Assembly (NCBI GenBank): GCA_963726455.1
Contig: CAVSCK010000003.1
Coordinates: 704,001-768,000 of the forward strand
DNA: 64,000 nucleotides
Direction: 5' to 3'
DNA from: an uncultured bacterium
GTDB lineage: Bacteria > Zixibacteria > MSB-5A5 > CAIYYT01
The notes beneath the pieces are model-generated. The model had not been told where the DNA came from. It made no database searches and worked only from the letters and a program-made list of their open reading frames with translations. A program made the translations under genes and the position numbers. Shown piece after piece: positions 10,083 through 19,817 of the stretch (positions within the stretch are counted from its first letter, which is position 1; each line of letters opens with the position of its first letter).

Positions 10083-11497
10083 TTATTTTACCGCCGCCTG
10101 ACCCGACTCGTCGACCAGCGCTTCCAGCTTGACGACGTACTGCTTGATCGGCGTCTTGGTGTTGAGCGCCACTTCCAGCAACATCTGCTGGTTTTCGATC
10201 ATTTCGTTGGTCGCAATCACGTTGCAGGTAAAACCGTTGATCACTTTGTTCCGCTGCAGCAGACTCAGGAACTTGTTCAGATCGCCGTCGATCGACTTCT
10301 TCAGCTTGTCGTCGAAAGCCCTTGTAGACCTGCTGGTTGAGATAATTGCGCATCGTCTTGTAGATGTAATCGTAGGTGCGCTTGATCGTATAGTTGCGGA
10401 ACTTGGGATCCTTGCTCAGCGTGTCGGCGCCCATCGCCACGACATCACCCACATCACCCTGCCAGTTGAGCACGCAGTTGACACCCTTCTCGTTGATCTT
10501 GGTATTCTTGGCTTCCGACAATTTGATTCGAGTTCGCGAAACTCCGCCCAGCTTGCCGTTGGCTTTACCGGCGGACGGCGCCTGGATACCGATCTCGTTA
10601 TCATTTTTGTATATCAGGCCGGCTACCATCGGTGACGGCGGCAGCCACATCGCTTCTTTGTCGAAACGGCTTTCCGGCTTCTCGGCCTTGACGTAGTTGC
10701 CGAATACCGAGATGTACGCCTTGTACTCGTCGTTGCCACGCAGATCATCGTAAGCCGGATCGTCCAATTCGTCCGACCAGTTCTTCGTAAGTGTCGAAAT
10801 GTTTGAAGTCGGTCAGAATGTGCAGCTTGTTCGGCAGTCCCATATCGCGGGCGACCGTATCGATGTCTTTCACTGACCCCAGATAACCGGGAATAGCAGC
10901 AGAGGGCGTAGCTGTTCTTGATGTCGTAAAGCCCGTAGATATCGTGAATCTGCCGGTTGATATACTCGAACTTTTCACGATCGTTTGGATCGGTCAGATC
11001 GCTGATACCGACATTGGCGAAATAGGCATAGATTTCCGAATCCGGGCGCGCCGCAGCGTTCTGGAAGAACAGATCGATGCCGCGGATAGGCGGTTTCCAG
11101 CGGACGAATCGTTTCGTGAATGTTCTTCATGTTCTCGACGAGATTCTTGTCCGCCGCTTCTGATCATGTTGTCCAGTTTGTCCTTGAATTCGTCAGAGGT
11201 GACGTCATTCGGCCCTAACTGTTCAGCCCAAACTTGCAGACGCTGTTTCAGTTGGTTACGGCGATCTTTGAATTCGTCGGAAGTGAGAAACTTATTAAAT
11301 GATTCGTTCTTGGGATCGAGGAACTTTACACCCTCGATGTGTAAACCATCCTGGCTCTTGAAATGAGACAGGTGGTCTTTGACAAGCTCGTAGCCGACAA
11401 AACCGACTCCGAGGATGTCTTTTAGGTCAGCTTTTTCCTTGACCTTGGCTTCGGCTTGTGCCGATTCCTTTTGCAGATCTTTTTCTTCGTCAGCCAT
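10083..11497 (-). CDS. tssC: T6SS sheath large subunit TssC (DUF5458-like); five apparent +1 insertions
   Basis: Removing single bases near 11161, 11085, 10901, 10774 and 10320 gives a 469-aa ORF containing LETAYRGIDLFFQN, IPGYLGS, ILTDF and LPPSPMVAGLIY. Confidence 0.85.
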
Positions 11498-11514
11498 GAC
11501 TTCCTCGCAGCGGT

Positions 11515-11970
11515 TTACAGTTGATCGATATATGATTTAATGACCTTCATGAATTCCGCCTTCTTCTCCGGCGATGACAGGTCTTTTTTCAGCTTGGAAT
11601 TCGGTTTTTCCAGCAGGTTTTTCAGATTGCGCAGGATTTCCACTTCGTTGTACTTCGACTGAAGGTACTCATTCTTCTGAATGATCTCCATCGAACCGAA
11701 ATCCTTCATCGCGTTGAATTCCAGTTCGACCGTTTCTTCCGAGCCATCCTGCTTCTGGACGGTAACTTCCTGCGACGGACGGAAGGTCGTGAAGACTTCC
11801 TTGAGATTCTTGCAGCGGGTCAATTCCGGTTCGCTCTCTTCGCGCGAATTCAATTTGGTCAAGTAGACCATTTTGTTCGACGGAAGCAGATCGACCGGAA
11901 TAGAATCGCTCTTTTCCTTGTACTCCGTAGTGCCGATATGGGGAGCGGCAATACGATACTGGTCTGCCAT
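11515..11970 (-). CDS. tssB: T6SS sheath small subunit TssB (subtype iii)
   Basis: NKMVYLTKL..EPE..LKEVFTTFRPSQEV..ELEFNAMKDF matches Bacteroidota-type TssB; immediately before tssC. Confidence 0.85.
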   Translation of the reverse strand: MADQYRIAAPHIGTTEYKEKSDSIPVDLLPSNKMVYLTKLNSREESEPELTRCKNLKEVFTTFRPSQEVTVQKQDGSEETVELEFNAMKDFGSMEIIQKNEYLQSKYNEVEILRNLKNLLEKPNSKLKKDLSSPEKKAEFMKVIKSYIDQL

Positions 11971-11986
11971 ATAACCTCCTTAGAAT

Positions 11987-13069
11987 CTATACTTTCACAA
12001 TTTCAAATTCGTCTTTGTTCATCCGCACTTCGACCTGCGAACCTTCCGGAAAGCGGCCGTCAATGATCGCCATCGAGAGCGGATTGAGAATCTCCTTTTC
12101 AATAAGCCGCTGCAATGGGCGCGCACCCATTTCGAAATTATACCCCCGGTCAGCCAGCGCCTTCTTGGCGTCAGCCGCACAGGTAATGGTCATCTTCTGA
12201 TCTTTAAGAATTCCATTGATCACTTTCAACTGGATATCGACGATAGCGCCGATGCCGACTTCTGACAACGGCCGGAAGATAATCCATTCCAGACGGTTCA
12301 GAAATTCGGGACGGAACTTGGTCTTCAGCACGTTCATCATTTCTTCCCGCTCGACCGGCTTGTTTTCGCGATAACAGTCCAGAATATAGTGGGCGCCGAA
12401 GTTCGAGGTCAGAATTATCATCGCGTTGGTGAAATCGATCGTGTTCCCCTGCCCGTCGGTCAGTCGGCCGTCGTCCATGATCTGCAGCATGATGTTGAAA
12501 ACATCGGGGTCCGCCTTTTCGACTTCGTCGAAAAGTACTACCGAAAAAGGATTGCGCCGCACTTTTTCGGTCAACAAACCACCCTGATCGTAGCCGACAT
12601 ATCCCGGCGGCGCGCCGATCAGCTTGGCGACGGAGTGCTTCTCCATATATTCCGACATATCAAACCGGACGATATTCGATTCATCGTTAAAAAGATATTC
12701 CGCCAATGTCTTCGCCAATTCGGTCTTGCCGGTACCGGTCGGTCCCAGGAATAGGAATGAGCCAATCGGGCGGTTATGCCGCTTGATTCCCGAGCGGGAA
12801 CGCCGTACCGCTTCCGAAATTGTCTTGATCGCGGAATCCTGGTCGACCACGCGTTTCTGCAGGTAGTCTTCCATATGCAGCAGCTTGGTCTTTTCATCTT
12901 CCATCATTCGCGACACCGGAATTTTGGTCCAGCGGGAAATGACAAAGGCCACGTCTTCAGGAGACAGTGTGGGATCGGTCTTGAAGACGAACTGTTCCAG
13001 TCGCTCCATCTTCTGAATGTTTTCCTTAAACCTGCTTATTTGCGTTTGTTCTTTTTCCATATTTCCCAC
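11987..13069 (-). CDS. tssH: ClpV/ClpB-family ATPase, second AAA+ module (D2) only
   Basis: RPIGSFLFLGPTGTGKTELAK, DMSEY, GAPPGYVGY, FDEVEKA, FRPEFLNR, GARPL. Confidence 0.85.
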   Translation of the reverse strand: MGNMEKEQTQISRFKENIQKMERLEQFVFKTDPTLSPEDVAFVISRWTKIPVSRMMEDEKTKLLHMEDYLQKRVVDQDSAIKTISEAVRRSRSGIKRHNRPIGSFLFLGPTGTGKTELAKTLAEYLFNDESNIVRFDMSEYMEKHSVAKLIGAPPGYVGYDQGGLLTEKVRRNPFSVVLFDEVEKADPDVFNIMLQIMDDGRLTDGQGNTIDFTNAMIILTSNFGAHYILDCYRENKPVEREEMMNVLKTKFRPEFLNRLEWIIFRPLSEVGIGAIVDIQLKVINGILKDQKMTITCAADAKKALADRGYNFEMGARPLQRLIEKEILNPLSMAIIDGRFPEGSQVEVRMNKDEFEIVKV

Positions 13070-13098
13070 TCAGTTTGATCGTGCTATCAAAGCAACGC

Positions 13099-14517
13099 TT
13101 ACTTGACCCGATCTTTCCAGGGTGCAAAGAGCTCATCGAATTCTTCATTAAACGCCTGTAGCTTCGACTTGATTTCCGGAGCGATCTTGGCGTCACTGTC
13201 GGTCTTAATACTGTCGCCTAGTTCCTGATTTAGTTCAGCGGCCATCTTCTTCAGCCCTTCCAGACTGTTTTTTGTGCGCGTACAGTTGAGTCGGAACGAC
13301 GCACAGGCCTCATCCAAAAGATCAATGGCCTTGTCGGGAAGGAAGCGGTCGCCGATGTATCGTTGCGACAGCCGAATTGACTCGTCCACGACCGAATCGG
13401 GAATGGCCAGACTGTGATGCTTGCTATACACGTTTCGGACGCCGGCCAGGATTTCCTGGGCTTCGTTGAATTTCGGCTCTTCCACCATCACACGTTGGAA
13501 ACGCCGATCAAGCGCCTTATCCTTTTCGATATATTTGCGATATTCTTCGTTCGTAGTCGCACCGATAACCTTAAACGCACCGCGTGCCAGTGCCGGTTTC
13601 AGCAGGTTCGCTGCATCCATACCACCGGCAGGATTGCCCGCCCCTACCAGCGTATGCACCTCATCGATGAACAATACGAGGTTACCTTTGCCTTTGGACA
13701 ATCTGGATACGAGGTTGTTGAATCTTTCCTCGAATTCGCCTTTATATTTGGCTCCAGCCACCAATTGTCCCAAATCGAGATTTAGAATGACTGAATCGTG
13801 AAGTTCGGGGGTGGTCTGCTTGTTGACGATCTGTAGCGCCAGTCCTTCCACCAGAGCCGACTTGCCAACTCCCGGCGGACCAACCAGAATCGGGTTGTTT
13901 TTCCGGCGGCGAATCAGCACCCGGCTGATATTGTAAATATCTTCCTGCCGCCCAAAAAAGTTGTCCAGCTCGCCTTTGCGGGCCTTCTCCGTAAGGTCTA
14001 CGCAGTACTTTACACCTTCGATGCCGACAGCGGTTTCACCGTCCTCGGTCGTGACCTGTGTTCCAGCGATTGACTGCACGACCTTCATGTCAGCCATCGC
14101 GTCAATTATCTTGCCTTCATCGAAATCGAGTCGGCGTAGGATTTGTTCCGATAGTGGCGAATCCTTTGAGACCAGCACCATCAGCACATGCTCTGGACGA
14201 ACTTCGGAATCGGAGTACTTCTCGGCTTTGTTGCCGGACGCAACCAACAGAGACTGCAGCGCCGGAGCTGCGGCGGGTTTGACTTCGTCGGTGGACAGCT
14301 TGCGCATTTTCGACAACTCATCCGCCAGCAAAGCTTCAAAATACTCGGGCTTCTTCCCAAGTTGCTTGAAAATGGCAGCGAGTTCGCCCCCTTCGTCGCG
14401 CAGCAACACGAGGAAGAAGTGGTTGGGAGTGATCTCGGCATGGAAGTAACTCTTCGCAAGTTCCTGAGCCCGCCGAATGCAATTTGTCAAGGTCGCAGAA
14501 TACGATCCTAAATCCAT
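13099..14517 (-). CDS. tssH: ClpV/ClpB-family ATPase, Clp-N repeats plus first AAA+ module (D1)
   Basis: Clp-N helices, [39 protein letters not shown]; ends in the coiled-coil linker region. Confidence 0.85.
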   Translation of the reverse strand: MDLGSYSATLTNCIRRAQELAKSYFHAEITPNHFFLVLLRDEGGELAAIFKQLGKKPEYFEALLADELSKMRKLSTDEVKPAAAPALQSLLVASGNKAEKYSDSEVRPEHVLMVLVSKDSPLSEQILRRLDFDEGKIIDAMADMKVVQSIAGTQVTTEDGETAVGIEGVKYCVDLTEKARKGELDNFFGRQEDIYNISRVLIRRRKNNPILVGPPGVGKSALVEGLALQIVNKQTTPELHDSVILNLDLGQLVAGAKYKGEFEERFNNLVSRLSKGKGNLVLFIDEVHTLVGAGNPAGGMDAANLLKPALARGAFKVIGATTNEEYRKYIEKDKALDRRFQRVMVEEPKFNEAQEILAGVRNVYSKHHSLAIPDSVVDESIRLSQRYIGDRFLPDKAIDLLDEACASFRLNCTRTKNSLEGLKKMAAELNQELGDSIKTDSDAKIAPEIKSKLQAFNEEFDELFAPWKDRVK

Positions 14518-14570
14518 ATGCTTCCTACCGTCTTTTCTGAACTATGTGCATTTAATGCGCTTAGCGATCT

Positions 14571-14599
14571 AACTTACCGCTCGCCATGTCAAGTGTCAA
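14571..14599 (-). promoter_or_regulatory. Sigma70-type promoter of the T6SS operon
   Basis: TTGACA-N17-TAAGTT on the minus strand about 55 nt upstream of the first ATG. Confidence 0.55.
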
Positions 14600-14847
14600 G
14601 GTTTTAGTTAGTTCAATTTCCCTAGTTAGCTAAACCGGCACAAAAACTTACCCAGTCAATATCCGCCACAAGTAAGGTATTTTCTGAAGGCACTGAGTCG
14701 CGGAGCGCCAATGGCTTAACGTATTCGCAGTGCTCCTTGTTTGCCGGCGTGCCTGTTTCCCCCAATCTTCGAATTTTGCTTTTCCAAACTGTCGCCTGGT
14801 GGTAAACTGCCGTCATCGGTGGCGTCAGCCCGGAAAGGTCAGTAATT

Positions 14848-15909
14848 GTGCAGTATTCTCCAGCCCAGCGATCTTGCATAGCCATTCTACCGCAAGTTTC
14901 GCGCTCGTTCGCCCTCAATATACGGGTTCTCGGGGGCGACCTGTACTGGTCCGTGCTGACGGCCTATTTATTCTGCCGCATAGTCGATACGGTCGAGGAT
15001 TCCGAGCAGCTATCCAGCGACACCCGGGAAAAATTGCTGACTGAGTACATCGGATTGTTCAAAAGCCGGGACATCTCAATCAGTCAGGTCGGTAAGTGGG
15101 CTACCACATTTGGCTCAAACGACGAGAGCAACCCTGAGCACGTGCTGATTGCGAAGTGCCCTTCAGTTTTCGAAGTGTTTCTCCAACTGCCTGATTCATC
15201 CAGACAGGCGATATCAGAATGCGTCATCGAGATGGCCACCGGCATGCGAAAAGCTGTCGCCGGCGGGCCCGCTGACGGAAAACTACATGTTTTGGAGACC
15301 ATGGCGGAACTGGAGGAATACTGCTACTACGTCGCCGGAACCGTCGGCAAAATGCTGACCCGGCTGTTTGTGTCGCATTCGCCGTCGATCAAACCCTCTA
15401 TTGTCAGGAAACTTGAACAATTGCAGGTGTCGTTTGCGCTGGGATTGCAGATGACCAATATCATCAAGGATTGTCATGACGATTTCGAGCGCGGTTGGTG
15501 TTATGTACCGGTCGAAATCGCGCAGAAACACGACGCCTCGATTGTAGAATTCCTTGAATTGCAAAATCGCGAAAGGTCGCTGAAGACTCTTGACGAGCTT
15601 ATCCGGGAGGCGGCGCGGCATCTCGATGACGCGATATCCTACACGCTGCTGATACCGCGCCGGGAAGTCCGAATGCGGCTTTTCAATCTCTGGTCGTTAT
15701 TCTTCGCCATCAAGACATTAAACATGTCGTTTCACAACGCTGACTTGTTAACCGGTGAGCGGAAAGTCAAAATATCGAGGTTTGAAGTCTACCGGACGTT
15801 GGTACAGACTGGCTTGAGAGTCTTCAGCAACTCGCTGCTGCGGTCGCTATACAAAAAACTCCGCGCCAAAATACCGGACAAAGCCGCAGATTTGATGTCA
15901 CAGATATAG
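14848..15909 (+). CDS. Squalene/phytoene synthase family protein (squalene synthase-like)
   Basis: VSRSFA, DTVED, YCYYVAGTVG, LQMTNIIKD, VKISR motifs. Confidence 0.9.
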   Translation: MQYSPAQRSCIAILPQVSRSFALNIRVLGGDLYWSVLTAYLFCRIVDTVEDSEQLSSDTREKLLTEYIGLFKSRDISISQVGKWATTFGSNDESNPEHVLIAKCPSVFEVFLQLPDSSRQAISECVIEMATGMRKAVAGGPADGKLHVLETMAELEEYCYYVAGTVGKMLTRLFVSHSPSIKPSIVRKLEQLQVSFALGLQMTNIIKDCHDDFERGWCYVPVEIAQKHDASIVEFLELQNRERSLKTLDELIREAARHLDDAISYTLLIPRREVRMRLFNLWSLFFAIKTLNMSFHNADLLTGERKVKISRFEVYRTLVQTGLRVFSNSLLRSLYKKLRAKIPDKAADLMSQI

Positions 15910-15938
15910 TTTCGGGCAGGCAAAACTCGAAAGCTTAG

Positions 15939-16652
15939 CTAACGATTATTCATCGTCGCTGGGCCCTGGAAATTCGTGTCGTAGTTCCGGCGAAACTTGT
16001 TGACCATGATATGGGCCAGACGTAGCGGCTCCGGAAGTCGATAACCGCGCAGCAGGTCAATGATAGTCTTGACCGCAACTTCAACATCGACCTTGTGACC
16101 CGGCGACACGTAAAGCGGCTTAACTCCCTCTCGTGACCTGATGGAGCGTCCCACCTCGACATTACCGTTGAAGATAGCGGCGGTATCACCGACCTCGTTG
16201 CCCACCGGTTCGGCCGTCCCGCATAGCAACTTCTTGGCGCAGCCAATGGTCGGCATCTCAAGCATAATTCCCATTAACGAGGCCATACCGATGCCTTTGG
16301 GGTGATCAATACCGTGCCCGTCAAAGATAAAGCAGTCGGGGACGAATTTCAACCGGCTTAACGCCTTGAAAATGATAGGACCTTCGCGGAAGAAGAACAG
16401 TCCCGGCACAAACGGGAAAGTAACCTCTCCCTGTCCGCGAACCCGTTCAAGCAACTCCATTTCGGGCACTTTCATGACAACTACAACGGCAAATGCCGTA
16501 TTGTCTTTCTTGGAATAGGCAACGTCCACACCGCCGACCAGTCTGAAGCTGTTCTTTTCCGGCTTGGTAATAACTTCGCTGCGATATCTATCGAGAGTCT
16601 TTTCCGCCTCGCGGACGTCATCCGTCCAGATATGGGGACGAGAAAACTTCAT
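15939..16652 (-). CDS. nfi: Endonuclease V
   Basis: GVDVAY, PFVPG..FRE, DGHGIDHP, PLYVSPGH, YRLPEPLRLAH. Confidence 0.93.
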   Translation of the reverse strand: MKFSRPHIWTDDVREAEKTLDRYRSEVITKPEKNSFRLVGGVDVAYSKKDNTAFAVVVVMKVPEMELLERVRGQGEVTFPFVPGLFFFREGPIIFKALSRLKFVPDCFIFDGHGIDHPKGIGMASLMGIMLEMPTIGCAKKLLCGTAEPVGNEVGDTAAIFNGNVEVGRSIRSREGVKPLYVSPGHKVDVEVAVKTIIDLLRGYRLPEPLRLAHIMVNKFRRNYDTNFQGPATMNNR

Positions 16653-16941
16653 TGCGTGTCCTTTTCACTTTCTGAAATGCATCATGTAGACGCGAACTTT
16701 GCGGCAGATTTCCAGGCGATCGCTTTATCGAGGCCTGATCGCCGCGCCCAGATCCTTTATTCAAATCCATTATACAAAGCTAGAATACCAAGTTCAAGAA
16801 ATGTTTTGCGTCCTTGCTGACCACTTCTTAGTACGTAACTTGCCTGCCGAACGTGCAATTGAATATGAATCCCCGATAAGGTCTTTTGTTGATTTTCTCA
16901 ACCTCCTGCGCTACACTTACGTAGTGTCAGGAGTGCGAATC

Positions 16942-18336
16942 ATGAAATCCAGAATATTCAGCTCGATTTCACTGACTGTCTTGTTGCTCGTGTGTCTGGC
17001 CGGCTGCACGGAAGAAGACCCGACGGTCAATCAGCCGCCCGCGAGTTCGACGGTCAGGTTCAAGGATGTGCAATCGTTTCTGCAGAAACCGTCGCAGGTG
17101 CAGTTCACCTTTCGTATGGTTGACAGCCGCGGCCATGCGGTAGTTATCGATCAGGGCCCGTTAAGCGCACCGTTTCGAGTTTTCGAGGATGGCGCCGAGA
17201 TTGACTATACGGAAACGTCATATTTCGTTCATCCGTCGGTGAGTCTCGAACTTGACATGGTAGTGCTGCTCGATTTCACGAATAGCATGGCTACCTGGAG
17301 AGAGGGCGACAGCACGGGCATAGATCTGGAAGTTACCTGGGCGCGCGATATGATTAGCCAACTCGCTCCGACTCATAGAATGGCGATCATGGAATATCAC
17401 GATCGCAACGTCGATGCCGGGCTGATTGCGCCATTTTCCAGCAACAAGGAATATCTCAACGCATCGCTTGACCAATTCCTGAGTCAGAATATCGATCACG
17501 GTTCGTCCCGTGTGTGGGACGCCCTATACTCGGCCGTCAACATCTTTGACGGCGACCTCGCGCCGAACAAGGAACGCACCGTGTTCATGATAACTGACGG
17601 CAAGGAGACCTCGTCGTCGAGATCGCCGGCGGATGTAATTTCCATCGCCAAACAGTGGCAGGCGAGTGTCTTTATCATTGGCACCGGCAGCATAGCCAAT
17701 GAGCAATCACTGACCCAGATCACGGACCAAACGGGCGGAGAGTTTTACTCTGCCGGGGATATCGCCGCCTTCCGTCAGAAATTGCAGCAGATCACTCGCG
17801 ATCTGGGCGGACAATACAAGCTCAGCTACACGACACTCAAGAGCACCGGCCAGCATAACGTTCAAGTGAAGTTTGCCTACAATGGTCTCAGCGGTCAATT
17901 TGATGCCAGACTCGACCTCGGTAGCGTCTACGGCGATGACCGGGTAGGCGTCATCTCATTTGACTCGCCGACGCTGGCGACCGGCGGAGTCCTGCAAGTT
18001 GTCATGCGGGCGCAATTCGTCCCCCGCAATATCGACCGTTTTCGTTTCAAGCTCGATACGCCAAAAACTTATTCCGTGAGCTTGATTTCCGCAGACGCCG
18101 GCGGCCTCTGCGCGGACTGGACAATCTCTGGTCCCGACACACTTGGTTACGTTTTGTTGACATCGCAGACGCCGTTGCAGTTCGGCGATTTTGGACCATT
18201 GATTCAGATAGACATTTCGCCGATCATCGAAACTTCCGCGACCATACCTTTCGAATTGGATAACGCAATATATTCTGAGAATAAGTCGTTCACTTACCCG
18301 GCCAACATCACCTGGACTGCGGTCGGCAGCGAATAG
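16942..18336 (+). CDS. VWA-domain lipoprotein
   Basis: Signal peptide with lipobox LAGC from MKSRIF (16942); LLDFTNSM MIDAS-like motif, MITDG, TGGEFY. Confidence 0.8.
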   Translation: MKSRIFSSISLTVLLLVCLAGCTEEDPTVNQPPASSTVRFKDVQSFLQKPSQVQFTFRMVDSRGHAVVIDQGPLSAPFRVFEDGAEIDYTETSYFVHPSVSLELDMVVLLDFTNSMATWREGDSTGIDLEVTWARDMISQLAPTHRMAIMEYHDRNVDAGLIAPFSSNKEYLNASLDQFLSQNIDHGSSRVWDALYSAVNIFDGDLAPNKERTVFMITDGKETSSSRSPADVISIAKQWQASVFIIGTGSIANEQSLTQITDQTGGEFYSAGDIAAFRQKLQQITRDLGGQYKLSYTTLKSTGQHNVQVKFAYNGLSGQFDARLDLGSVYGDDRVGVISFDSPTLATGGVLQVVMRAQFVPRNIDRFRFKLDTPKTYSVSLISADAGGLCADWTISGPDTLGYVLLTSQTPLQFGDFGPLIQIDISPIIETSATIPFELDNAIYSENKSFTYPANITWTAVGSE

Positions 18337-18365
18337 CTTCGCAGATAACAAAGGAGAGGACTCTA

Positions 18366-19025
18366 ATGAAACGCTTTATCATTTTCACTCTGACATCAAC
18401 ATTAATTGTGACAATGATATTTGGTGCTTTGGTTTCGACGTATGCCGACTCTACTGCCGTCAAGGCGCCGGCCCCAGTGATCAAGAGCGTTGTGCCTAAG
18501 GCCAAAATCGCTGATTTCGAGGGCAAAGTGACACCGCTGCAACTATTCTGGATGCCGGTAACCGACTCGATAATGCAGGGCAAGTCGACCGCAGATATCA
18601 GTATCGTCCCGGACGGCGCCTCCGGAACCAAGCAGTCACTTAGGATCAGCGGTAGTGTGAAACTGGGCAGTAATCCTTACGTCATGTTTGCCGGCGCCGG
18701 AACTCGGTTCTTCGGCGGAAAGGCAATCTTTGACGTCACTTCTTTTACTGGCATCAAGTTCTGGGCCAAGGGCGACGGCAACACCTACCGAATCGACCTG
18801 CCTGCCGCGGCTGTAACCGACTTCATGTTCCATTCATTCTCCTTCACTCCCCCGACAGGTGAATGGAAAGAGTTCAAGATCCCGTTTGTCGGTTTCAAAC
18901 AGATGCCCTACGGCAAGAAGGTAACCTGGACAGGCACCGATCTGCAAGGGGTGGATTTCTTTACGGTCGGCGGCCCGATAGAGAAATTCACGTTGCAGGT
19001 GGATGAGCTGGAGTTCTACAAGTAG
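18366..19025 (+). CDS. Secreted CIA30/CBM11-like carbohydrate-binding-fold protein
   Basis: Signal peptide; DVTSFTGIKFWAKGDG, WKEFKIPF, LQVDELEFY. Confidence 0.75.
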   Translation: MKRFIIFTLTSTLIVTMIFGALVSTYADSTAVKAPAPVIKSVVPKAKIADFEGKVTPLQLFWMPVTDSIMQGKSTADISIVPDGASGTKQSLRISGSVKLGSNPYVMFAGAGTRFFGGKAIFDVTSFTGIKFWAKGDGNTYRIDLPAAAVTDFMFHSFSFTPPTGEWKEFKIPFVGFKQMPYGKKVTWTGTDLQGVDFFTVGGPIEKFTLQVDELEFYK

Positions 19026-19058
19026 TCTGGAACCGAGATTTTTGACAAGCTTCGATAT

Positions 19059-19736
19059 TTAGCGTTCACCTGATCGACGGTGAACGATCACGGCAGGGCC
19101 CGTGATTGTGATATCTACCTCATCGCGTGCAAAGAAATTGCGAAGAGTCCAACTGGAGCCGAGCCGGGTCACTTGATCCATCAGTTCCCACTTGGTGCCA
19201 CGTAAAGTTACGCGCACTTCCTTGCCGACAGGAATCACCGACAGCGTGTCTCCGCGGGTGCCGATGAGGGCCAGGCCACCGTCCTCGACAAAATAGACTT
19301 CCTGGCAATGATCAACAAGCCGCGCAGTCAAATGGCGACCGGTCTGCCGTTCGAGGTCGGCCACCAGAGCCAGCAGGAAAACATTGGCGAGCATCTGGTC
19401 GCTTTCAAAAGCAGTATCAAAGGCGCCGAAAATTTCGATTTGGTCGCAGCCCTGGTCCAGAACGTAGCGGACCGCCAGTTCTCCGTCCGTAGCATCCTTG
19501 TCAACCGGGTATTCGATCCGGAGCAGGTCAGGATATTTCGACAAAACTCGCGGATCGACTGAATCAAAATCACCCAACACCACATTGGGTTTCGCACCGA
19601 GGCGTTCAAATAGATTCAGAGCCCCATCCACCGCGACGACCAAACCGAGTCGTCCGGCATCTTCGATTTCGGCTCGATAGAACTCCAGGTGAGCCACCGG
19701 ATAGGCGCCGTTGAGAAAGATAGCCGCCTGTTTCAT
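19059..19736 (-). CDS. thiN: Thiamine pyrophosphokinase
   Basis: VAVDGA, GDFDS, DKDATDGELA, LRGTKWEL. Confidence 0.9.
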   Translation of the reverse strand: MKQAAIFLNGAYPVAHLEFYRAEIEDAGRLGLVVAVDGALNLFERLGAKPNVVLGDFDSVDPRVLSKYPDLLRIEYPVDKDATDGELAVRYVLDQGCDQIEIFGAFDTAFESDQMLANVFLLALVADLERQTGRHLTARLVDHCQEVYFVEDGGLALIGTRGDTLSVIPVGKEVRVTLRGTKWELMDQVTRLGSSWTLRNFFARDEVDITITGPAVIVHRRSGER

Positions 19737-19817
19737 GTCATCTTCTCGATTTCAAAGTTGATGATCGGTTTCCTGCGCCTTATACTTCCCGCACGCAAAA
19801 TACGAGGAGATCTGTTG

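Noticed and set aside
9559-11497. tssC and hcp as genuine pseudogenes
   Set aside because: No in-frame stops after removing single bases, and groEL shows the same insertion pattern; artefact is more likely.
3068-14517. Prophage tail or extracellular contractile injection system (Afp/PVC)
   Set aside because: Two-gene sheath (TssB+TssC), TssK and a ClpV-type ATPase are T6SS traits; no capsid, terminase, tape measure or Afp-type cap gene seen.
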